Below are positions 13,478 to 24,610 of a stretch of DNA of 64,000 nt, in pieces; position 1 is the stretch's first letter; every line of letters begins with the position of its first letter. Source of the DNA: the human T2T-CHM13v2.0 reference genome, Homo sapiens. The DNA is taken from NCBI RefSeq assembly GCF_009914755.1, contig NC_060925.1; one strand, written 5' to 3'. The notes beneath the pieces were generated by a model, which was not told the DNA's origin, made no database searches, and worked only from the letters and a program-made list of their open reading frames with translations. The position numbers and the translations under genes were made by a program.

Positions 13478-14192
13478 TGTCACCAGTAGTGGGTTGTGAC
13501 TGCAAGTTGTCCAGTTCCTTGGCGTTTTGAACAAAGAATTGGACATAATGCCCCACAAAGCAAAGAAAGAATGAAGCAGCAGAAGAATGAAAGCAGGGAT
13601 TTATTGAAAACAAAAGTACACTCCACAGTGTGGGAGCAGACCCGAGCAATGGCTCAAGGGCCAGGATAGAGAATCTTCTTGGGTGCAAATACCCCCTAGA
13701 AGTTTCCCATTGGCCACTTCATGCTCACCTCATGTAAATGAAGTGGTAGCCCACAATCAGTCTGATTGGTTGCAGAAAGCAGCCAACCAGAGGCTGAAAT
13801 GAAGTTGCCAAGGTCACACTCCTGTGCAAACATCTCATTGGTTGCAAGAAGCAACCATCAGAGGCTAGTGTGAAGTTACAAAGTTATACATTGCATGCAA
13901 ATGAAGGCTCACCACAATCAATCTGATCGGTTGTGGACAGCAACCATTCAGAGGCTGGAGTGAAGTTACAAAGCTGCAAAGGAAGATTCCACCTGCAATC
14001 AGTCTGATTTGCTGGGGACAGCCAATTTCTCATCTGCCACGCAGAAAAAAATGGGGTTCGCAAAGGGAGTAGCCCCTGGTCCTTTTGTTACTTAGGTGTG
14101 AAAAGTGAGAGTTTTCCTTTCAATTCAGTTCTATGAAGTTGGTGTGAAACAGCCTTTGGTTCCCTGCATCTACACCCAAATCTCCTGTCTCA
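13478..14192 (-). mobile_element. MER51-family (ERV1) solo LTR
   Basis: TG...CA termini; TTGAACAAAGAATTGGACA...ATTTATTGAAAACAAAAGTACACTCCACAG; internal CAATCAG/CTGATTGG repeats; ends TCTCCTGTCTCA. Confidence 0.82.
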
Positions 14193-14524
14193 AAATCAGG
14201 TTTCCCTTTTGTAATTTTGGCATTTATAATAACTTATTATACACATTTGTCTCTAGAGGTCTTCTTGAACACACATGGCCTTGAAATAACACTTTCTAAA
14301 CATTAATAGCTATTGATAAGCAAAGAAAATAAAATAAAATAGAATTAATCAAATTTATCTGCTTTTTAAGCATTTAGATTCTGAACTTAGACTTGTATTT
14401 ATTTCTAAAATGTTTGAATGGAAAGAAAAAAATATTTACCAGATACTTAGGCAGTGGAAATTCAGTATTTGCCACAATATCAGTTGAATGATCCAAAAAA
14501 AGTTAAATGATTCTTAATTTACTT

Positions 14525-14717
14525 AAATTAAGAGAGCAACAGTTTTAAAAACATTGAGGGCTAATTACAACTAAATAAATTAAAATATATGCACATCAAA
14601 ATATACATGTATGGGTACTTTATTTTCAGCAACCAACTGAGAAATTCCTGTTTAGGCAAGATTCTACCCACTCAGAAGTTTGGTTGATAAGCTATCTTCA
14701 TGAAATACATAATAATA

Positions 14718-14779
<62 letters not shown>

Positions 14780-14997
14780 AAGGCTGCTGGTTTTGAAAGT
14801 GGAATGATGATAGTTCTACTATTTCAAGTATCAATAGTCTTATAAGGTAAAAATAGTGACAGTCTAATCAGATCTAACCAAAAATTTAACCAAAAAAAAA
14901 ATTTTCAAGCTCTCTTTTTGAAACAACGCTTTACATAATATACTTACATTCATTACTAATCTCACTCAAGAATACAGGTAATGATACTCTAAAGCCA
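14525..14997. repeat. Copy A of an old ~470-bp direct duplication, including a (TG)n(AG)n microsatellite at 14723-14779
   Basis: Colinear with 16465-16950; for example, TGAGAAATTCCTGTTTAGG, TTTTGAAAGTGG, CTTTTTGAAACAA, CACTCAAGAATA and CTAAAGCCA occur in both. Confidence 0.9.
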
Positions 14998-16112
14998 GTG
15001 AGCGAAATATGCAAGTAATATCTAAGTCGCGGTTAAGCTTCCTTCTTTCCTTTGACATGAGGTACTCTGAGACTTGTACATTTTTTCACTTATTCACCTT
15101 TTAAGTAATACAGTTTAATTTCAACGTATTAAAATCAGTCACAAAAATGCTCTTCCAAAGCATTTACAAAAGCTTCTGCTTACTAGTGTTTTAGTCATAA
15201 TTTCAATTTGCTAACTTCCTTTGCCATACGTACTTTCGTTTCAATGTTTTCTCTTAAATCACCACCTCTTTCATGATAAATTGTTGTGATAAAAAAAAGT
15301 GCTTCCTCTGGTGGGACGATGTAACTATTCATTTCGCTAATGTACTTCACATCTGTCATTTGCAGTCCCTAAATACTTTGTCACAGCACGAAATAGAAAC
15401 CTTACAGAGTAGGTCTATGAAGTATGTTTTCATTTTAAGTCACTATCTATGATGTAATTTGGAACAGTGGAATGATTAGATCAGTCTTTTCTTTTCTTCT
15501 GTCAGTACCAGAGACAAAGCATGTTAACTATAGAAATGTCAACTTTCATATTCCCTGATAAACTGAGCACTATTTCCAGGATTTATTCTAAACTCAGGCT
15601 TTGAGGGTGGGGACTGACCCTTATGTGCCTGCTCATACACAGTTAAGTAATTATTTGTGGTTGATAAAGACTACCTATTTTCTATTGACTTGAAGAAATT
15701 GTATTTGCAGTAGGTTTAAAAGAAAAAGCTGCCAGAGGAAATTTGGGTGGAACCCTGTCAATTCAGTTAATTTAAGACCCAGAGTTACTATATAAAGGAA
15801 GGAAGCAGATACCAACTCTTAAAAAAGACATCTACATTATCCAGAATAGTGCTCAAAAATATTATGCATTCAAATATATTTTAATAAGTGAATGTTGAGT
15901 AATGAATGACATAAAATATTTTTTACTAAATACAACTTTACCATAATATTAAAATATATTTGGCAGGAAAAATCCAAAAGGGATCCCTCTGTTAGGAGAT
16001 TGCATTCTCTTTTATTCTTCCTTTTCTTTTATCAAATGATGCAGCCAAAGAGAGAGATCTGAATAAGACATAACGCAAGTGTAGAAACAAAAGTCCAGGA
16101 AATCATCTTAAT

Positions 16113-16404
16113 TATATGTATTTATTTGTACAGTCTTGCTCTGTCACCAAGGCTGGAGTGCAGTGGTGTGGTCATAGCTCACTGCAGCCTCGAACTCCTG
16201 GGCTCAAGGGATCTTCCCATCTCAGATGCCCAAGTAGCTAGAACTAGAAGTGCATGCCGCCATGCCCAGACAATTTTGTAATTTTATTTTTTGTAGAGAT
16301 GGGGTGTTGCTTTGTTGCCTAGGATGGTCTTAAACTCCAAGCAACCCTCTCACTTTGGCCTCCCATAGCACTTGGATTAGGGACGTGAGTCACCATGCCT
16401 GGCC
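16113..16404 (-). mobile_element. AluJ
   Basis: CATAGCTCACTGCAGCCTCGAACTCCTGGGCTCAAG; TSD ATCTTAATT. Confidence 0.9.
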
Positions 16405-16464
16405 ATCTTAATTGTTTCCAATAAATCATACATTTAAACTACTTAACCTAGCAAATATTTAAAT

Positions 16465-16667
16465 AAATTAAGAGAAAAATATTTTCTAAATTACTTAAGG
16501 CCAATCATAAAGAAATTACAATATATGTGAATGGAAATTAACACAAAGAAGTATTTTTGTTTTCAGCATCTAAATGAGAAATTCCTGTTTAGGTAGAATT
16601 GTCAGAAGTTTGACTGAAAAACCATCTTCATAAAAGTACACATGAATAACCTAGTATTGTGTGTGTG

Positions 16668-16705
<38 letters not shown>

Positions 16706-16950
16706 CACACATGAGTGTGTGTGTATGTGTGTGTGTGTAGACAGCTCATTTTGAAAGTGGGATGCTAATACTTCTGCTATTTCCAGCATGAGTCATTTAG
16801 AGGTAAAAACAGTGACTCATCAGATTTAACAAAAATTTAGCCAAAAACCTAAACTTTCAAGATCCCTTTTTGAAACAAGATTTTTACATAATATGCTATC
16901 ATTACTTATTAATGTCACTCAAGAATAAAGATAATGATGTTCTAAAGCCA
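16465..16950. repeat. Copy B of the old ~470-bp direct duplication, including a (TG)n(TA)n(CA)n(TG)n tract at 16658-16738
   Basis: Colinear with 14525-14997. Confidence 0.9.
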
Positions 16951-17224
16951 TCTCAATAAGGAAGCTGTAAAATATTGTTCATTGTATCTTTATTTCATCT
17001 TTTAAAATCTGCTTTTGTTTATGTTTATGTTGTATTTAAGAGAGATTAATCCTGTATGGGATTATATATAAATATATGTATATTTGGTACTAAAAATGAA
17101 ATGGATATATCAGTCTAATAATAGAATTCTGGAGGTAACTGATACTGAACTAACTGTAGAAGATTGATAGAGCTTCAGAACTTAAGAGGAGCTTGTGAAG
17201 AGATAAAAAGAAGCCTCAAAAACG

Positions 17225-17670
17225 TCCTGAAATTCATATGGATGGAATGGGCAAACATTACGCTAAGTGAAATAAGCCAAATACAGGAAGTCAAATACCA
17301 CATATTTTCACTTATATGTGGAACCTAAAACAATAGAAGTCACAGAACCAAAAAGTAGGATGGTAGTTACTAGCAACTGGGCTGTGGGGGAATGGGAGGA
17401 TTACAGTCAAAGGGTACAAAGCCTCAGTAAGGAGGGATATGTTTTATTTTTTTTTAGGTGAATTGCACAGCTTGGCGAATATAGCTGATAATTGAGTCCT
17501 TTATGTTTCAATGTTGCTGAGAGTAAATTTCTAATGTGTTCGTCAACAAATGTTAAATATTTGAAGTTAATTAGCTTAATTTACTCTTTCCATGTTGTAT
17601 TAAAAAAGCGGAACACCACTTCTATAATTATATGCAACTGTAATTTGTGTATAATAAAAATAAAAATTAG
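17225..17670 (+). mobile_element. L1MA-type 3' end
   Basis: ACATTACGCTAAGTGAAATAAGCCA...CACTTATATGTGGAACCTAAAA...GTCAAAGGGTACAAAG, followed by an A-rich end. Confidence 0.8.
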
Positions 17671-19493
17671 AAAATCTAAGTGCATGTGCTGACCTGGATG
17701 TTTCTAAAGAGAGCCTTCAGAGTTGTCATGACATTATAAAAAATAGTGACTCATTTTAGCTTAAAAAGAGGCATATTATTCAATACCTTGCAGATTTATA
17801 CTGAAAAATATTTAAACATATGAGAAACAAATATTTGGTATCTGTTAAGATATTTGAATAAAATAAATTGGATTTACTGTAAAATAAATAAGGCTTCAGA
17901 AAATGATATAGGTTGCAAAAATACATAATTGTGTCAATTGACTGAAATGCATCAAATAGCAGGTGTGACAACTGATAGCTAAAATGATATTTAACAGAAA
18001 TTCGTATGATAGAATTTCATTTTTTCTTTCCCATTTAGTCATCAAAAATACACGATAGATAGAATAAAATGAAAACAGATGAAATGAATTTCCGCATGGG
18101 TTATGCAAAGTTGCATCTCCTCAGTGAAATCTTAGGAAGTCCCGAATTCATTCCTGTGATTATGACTGGAATGTGCAGAATCTGTGAATTACTTCTTCAT
18201 TCTGCCAACTGACAAACTGCTCCAAGTGATGGAACACAAGGCAAAGGGAGGCAAGTTTGTTGATTAAGGCATCAGGAATTTTTTCCTTGCTCTCTGCTCT
18301 GCACCCCCTCCCCTCTTCATTTCCCTTTCTTTTTCTTTCTCCCTCCTTCTCTCCCTCCCTTTCTTCTTTTCAGTTCACTTCATGGTTTTAAAAGTTCCAG
18401 TTCCCTCAAAAACTATTATTCTGACATTTTATTTTCACAAATCTTGTCAAACATAGGTGTTAAAATGCAGTACATATGTTCACCCTGTTCTGAATTTTGT
18501 TTCCTAAAATAAGGAATAGAGTCCAGAGTAAGTTTAAAGTTGCACTAGAAAGTTTATTTATTTGTTAGCATTTGTTATCAACTCTTTCCTCAGTCTGTAT
18601 GCTAATAGTCTTGTGACAGTTATACATTATTTGATGTCACCCAATGACAAAAGGAAAATTTACAACTCGTTATTAACTTTCTACATTGAATTTATTAAAA
18701 GAGGTACATAACTTTTATTGTGTCTTAATTTGTGGTAGTCTTTCAGCTACCTGAAGTTTATTTAAATGTATTATTTTTCACCAGGAAATCAGTAGTAGAA
18801 CAGTTTCAAGAGGTAGCATTAAAATGTCTTTGACATATAAATGGTACAGTCTGTATTGCTGTACTTCAAATTTCATGAACTGTATCAAAGCTGGTAACAT
18901 ATGACATGAACATTCAGAAATACAGCTACAGATCATTTTCCTAAAATGTTTATTTACATATCTTAACGTAGCTCATGAATGTTTATTTTGAATCAAAGAA
19001 ACGTTATTTTATCTAAAAACAATTGCTACTAATTGTATGAGTACATTTTTATTAAGGGAATTCATGGCTTTAAAATAAAATGTGAATGTGACTAAACTAG
19101 ATTCTTGCCAACTCTAGAAGTTTTACGGATATAATATGATTTATTTACTCACGTTTAAATCCAGAGAAAAAAACACTAATACTTTTAAATGTCATATAAT
19201 AATTATATGGTTTTTTTTTAGATGTGCTATTTGAAATATAAGTAGAACTTGCTAAGGAGAAGTGCCGAATATCTAAAAACTTCAGTGAATAATTATTTTA
19301 ACACCATTTGTTAAAAATATTTAATGAAAACTAAATACGTTTAATTTTCTTGCTTTTATATATTAATAAGTGAAATAAAGCACTTTAATCTCTGTATTTT
19401 AATCTTTTAACTCATGGAAAATTTTATTTTTAATATAAATAAACATGCTCTATGATCAGTGACTTTTTTCATGTGTCAGAAAGATGTTTTAAG

Positions 19494-20348
19494 TGAAACG
19501 GGAAAAGTTTGCTTGTCCCCCTACAGGGTTTGAGGCAGGGTGTGTGGCTCGCTTCTTCAGTGCTACGCTGCTCAGACCTCTAGGGGAGCATACAGATGGT
19601 CAGGCTGTGCGGCTCCGACCCCATGGCACTGTCTAGGGTTGAGTGTTTACAGCTCCTGAACCCCCAGTGGGCATGTATTACTGGGCGCTCTCTTAGTCTG
19701 CCATCTATAGGCAGCTTGTGTTAACCAGCTCAATTAGACCCTCTACCTTGTCACAAGAACAGAGGGCTTTCTGTATCCTGGGTTCTTGCCTTGGTGTATG
19801 GGAAGAATCAGATCACATACATGTGGGCTTGGAGAATGAGTCCAAAGTTTCATTGAGTGGGAGTAGCTCTCCGACGATAGGGGAGCCAGAAGGGAGATGG
19901 TTTTCCCTCAGAGTTGAGTCATTTGGCAGCCCCAGCTTTCCTCTGACTGCCCCGGCCAAACTCCGCCTCATGCCGGCCTTCGAAGGCCTGCCAGTGTACC
20001 CTCGTCTGTTAGTGTGCTTTTCTGCCAGCGTGCTCCCATTGACGTCCTCTCGACGTCCAGCCTCTTGTGTCTTCTGCCAAACTGTTTCTCTGTCTCTGCC
20101 AGCTGCCTCTGTCTCTGCCTTGGTAGGGTCTCGGGATTTTATAGGCCCAGGATGGGGACGTGGTGGGCCAGGGTGGTCTTGGGAAATGCAACATTTAGGC
20201 GAAATGGCAGGACTGCCTGTCCTCACCTAGGTCCGTGGGGGTGGAGCCCTAGCCAGGGACCACGCCCTGCTACACCCAGCGCTTCCCTTCCCTCCTTCTG
20301 TATCATTTAAAGGGACCATGCTCTTCCATTTCCAGCACTCCCGTATCA
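19494..20348 (-). mobile_element. ERV1 solo LTR of the LTR1/LTR27/LTR28/MER52 group
   Basis: TG...CA termini with a perfect 4-bp TSD, TAAG. The minus strand starts TGATACGGGAGTGCTGGAAATGGAAGAGCATGGTCCCTTTAAATGATAC. GC-rich. Confidence 0.85.
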
Positions 20349-20904
20349 TAAGGAATTCTGAAATTCTTTTTTTCTCTTGAAATTAAAAAATAATCTGGAC
20401 TTCAGTATCAATTGAACACCTTATGGTTTTATTCTTGACGCTTATAACCTTAATTGGCATTAGTGGTTTTTTCTGTAAAATGGGATAGTAATGTCTGTTC
20501 TACCATTCTCACACCACAGCTTTTTAGGGGGAGGTGGAGATGTTGAAGACAATTTGAGCTAATGGCTATAAAATAATGTTTGACTCATAAAAGTACAATT
20601 TGCTATCAGTATTGTTATGTTATTTGTGATTTATAAAACAACATTGATTTTTTATTTTGAAAATAAATATGAAAATGTATAGCTAAATAGAAAATTGGGG
20701 GATCTATAATCCAATCCATATATTTCACAGACCAACAGAAACCAAATGAAGGATGTATGAAGTGATTAGAACCCCAAATGGATTACCTACTTCAGCATAC
20801 ACTCCACTTACCATTATGCATTGGTTTGTGTGCCAATTCATTACTTTATTTTTGCCAACAGATTTTCATTAAGATTCAAATCTATCAGTTTGAATGTTCT
20901 TAGC

Positions 20905-21040
20905 ATAAAGAAAAAACTAAATATTTAAGGTGAAGAATATCCCAATTACCCTGATTTGATCTTTATATATTACATGAATATATCTAATTATCACATGTAC
21001 TCCAAAAATATGTACATGTATTATGTATCAATAAAAAGAT
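20905..21040 (+). mobile_element. Short L1MA 3' terminal fragment
   Basis: CCCAATTACCCTGATTTGATC...ATCACATGTACTCCAAAAATATGTACA...TATCAATAAAAA. Confidence 0.75.
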
Positions 21041-23812
21041 TAAATTATCTGATAAATCTATATATTTTACTTGGTTTATGCAGGGTGGATTAACTACCAA
21101 AGACTGCATTAAAGTTGGATGAAAATGTAATCTGGTTAAATTGGCCCAAAATATTAATCACTACCATTAGCACAGTAATCCATTATATTAGTATAAAGCT
21201 TTGTGTGACAGTGCAACTTTCACATAAATTTTTAGTCAATCTTGGCAACAATAGTACAAGATAGAAATTATCATTGCCTTTTACAGAGTGTTAAGGCTTT
21301 GCCCAAAATCATTCAGCAGGCAAAATGTTTTTTATATATATATTAAATCTACTGATCCCCAACAACATGATAAAATTGAAGCTCTGTTAGTTCAGCAGTC
21401 AGTTAATTTAAAATGTTGTTTTAAAATATTGGTATATTAATTTACAGGTACATTGTAATCTAATTAAAAAAGACTCATTTCTACCCAAAATTGGTAGTGT
21501 CTTAATTTAGATGTCTAACTCAATTAATTCAGGGTCTATCCTAACTGTCTAACAGTTTCCTAGAATTGTTTCTCAATTTCTACCTATTATCAGTTCCAGC
21601 ATTCATGTTAGACCCCTAAGTCAGCCTTATGAGTGGATCATAGGGAAAATATTGGCACAGGCACGACAATATAGGCACAAAAATATTATTTGAGGCCCCA
21701 CTGTGACTTAAATTTTGGAAATAGCTGGGGGATTTGACTCTTTTTGTTTTTATTAAATGTAATAAAAATATCATCCTGTAAAATAGCCTGGATAGATTTT
21801 TCTAATGTTGCATTTGAATGATATTTTATAAAGTAATGGCTTCAGAGCAAATTGAGTAGTGTTAGGAGAATTCTATTGGCTGTTTTTGTGATTTATTAGC
21901 ACACAAAAAAATTCTGCTGGTCATTTTAAGGTACATACCATTGTGATTTTTTTGCTACCAGAAATAATTTTGGCTCTGTAATAAGAGATATACAGTTGTT
22001 CTTCTCTATCCTTGGGGAAATAAGTCAAACAAATGACAGGTATGACACTAAATAAATATTCACAGCATTTGAAACATAAATGATTTATTTTTGAGTAGCA
22101 ATTGAGTTATGTTGTCAAAAGAAATGTTATTTTGCAATGATGAATTCTTAATCTTTAATTCTGTTGTAAATCCCATCCTTTTCAACCTGAATCCTAACTT
22201 ACAAAGATTTTTGAATGTAAATAAAAAATCTCTAAATGTTTTACACTACTTTTTATAGCTGTGAATTTTTGTGCATAAGTTGTTACTAGTGTTTAAAATG
22301 GTGGTGGACAATAACTTTTTCTTTTTTGTTGCATAGTGAAGTAAAGATAAGATCATTTGTTATGATAAAACCCTAGCCATGTAACAAAATGATATGATAT
22401 AATATTTAATTGTTTTGCTCTACTGTGAGTATGTTTTAGTGTAGTGTATATAATTGCTAATTCTTTACAAATATAAAAACAGAAACAAATCAATAATATC
22501 TTAATAAAAACTGCCCTTTTAATAATTTTTACATGCATTTGATCACTAATCGTTTCCTTAAAAATATTTAAGATAGCAGATACTTTTGAAACTGTTGAGA
22601 TATAACTTTATGAGCAACTATTTCATGTAAATCTATTGGAACAACCAGATATATTCATAATAATAACTGTAGTTTGCTTTGATTTTCATAGTGCATACAG
22701 TAAAACAAAATATATTTTATGATTTCCCCAAGTTACATTGTGCCATTTTGTTTGGTTTTGTTTTGTTTTCAAAATACTCAGCTTCCTATTAGCTATTGAA
22801 AGATGGGAGAGAAAACATTTTTAGAATAGTGTAAAATTTAGATGTTCTTTATTAAAAGACACTGCCTTTGCTCACAGTTTCTTTGTTTCAAAATAAATGA
22901 AGAATATATTTTGGTAAAGATGAAACACAATCTTTTCAGGAGCAAGAGCCTGCTGCATATGGCAATATTTTAAATGGGAAACTCTCTGGTTGTGGGGAGA
23001 TGTATCCAAAAAGGAACCACAGATTGAATTTGAAAGTGTTTTTCAGATACAGTTGAGGATATTTTCAGAAAAAAAAAATAATTCTTACATTTCTGAGACA
23101 GTGTTGTTATTGATTCTTTGGGAAAGCTATCATCCCAATTCTACATGAAACTAAACTGGTCAATATTCCTGTAAAACACACATGCACATGTTTTTTAAAA
23201 AACTCTTTTTAAATACTGAGCGTAAAACAAAGACATGTTAGGGAAAAAACATTAGTGGTTATACAAAAACTCATTATATCTTGTCTGAAATAAAGTTTAG
23301 AAAAATAACTATCTGAGGAGTTTCAGTAACTGAGAAGTTCAGCAACACGATGGGCTATGTTGACTATTTTGAAAAACTCATAGAACAAGGGACAGATGGT
23401 GTAATTGACTATATTATTATAACTTATCCTGATATACTAGAGTATGCTTATGTATGTATTATTGGGGCCTCACAGCACTGTGGAAACAAAGCAGGAAATT
23501 ATTTTGCCTTTTTCAGATGAGGAAACTTTAAACATTTGCCTCAGGGTAAGGGTTGAGGTAGAACTTAAACACCCACGTGTTTTTATTTTTCTTCTCATAG
23601 AACACTCACTCATACACACTGTCCAACCTCTTTTTTTACTTTCAATTATTTTTTAATGGAGAATGAGCATGTGAAGTGGCTCCAAGTCCAGCTGACCCTC
23701 AGTTCACTGAGTATACGTGTGCTTGACCTCAAAGTCCTCACCTGTAAAAGAGAGGATTGAATTCCATCTTCTTTTGTTACTGCTCACTCCACCATCTAAG
23801 ACATGAGGATGA

Positions 23813-24104
<292 letters not shown>

Positions 24105-24329
24105 AAGGATGATTTTCAAACTAGAAACAGAGTACATGATCAAGGGAAATTATAGACTCAAACAAAGAAGAGATTCTAAGATATGGTAAAGGGCTTTATA
24201 TAAGTTAGGGAATACTTGATAATTGGACTGCTTCAAGACTCAAAAATCATGCAGCTGTGCAATCATGACTGCCAACGTGTGGAGAGCAAGTATAAATTCT
24301 TTGCCAGCAAGGCATGTTAAGTCAACATT

Positions 24330-24610
24330 TAAAAAATTATTACAATGTTAGACTGGTAGATAAGTTAGATTACTTTAGATGTGTATGTTACTATGGAATG
24401 ACAATATTTTTGTGTTCAAGATGTAGAAGTCAATGCAGGCTAGATAATAATCAGGTTAGGTGGGATTTTAGGAGAATAACTATTTCAAAAGAGTGTTGAC
24501 TGATAGGTAAAATTAACCTGGCACGTGGACTGTAATGATTGGCCATTGGGTACTACAATTAACTATTTCTTGGAATATATTTCCATCTATTACTTAGAGA
24601 TCTGGTTCAA
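24330..24610 (+). mobile_element. Possible L3/CR1 reverse-transcriptase relic
   Basis: CAAAAGAGTGTTGACTGAT...AACCTGG...ATTACTTAGAGA resembles the CR1 RT region but is very diverged. Confidence 0.4.

Noticed and set aside
19718-20310. 170-aa and 137-aa overlapping ORFs
   Set aside because: They lie wholly inside a GC-rich solo LTR and show no protein family resemblance.
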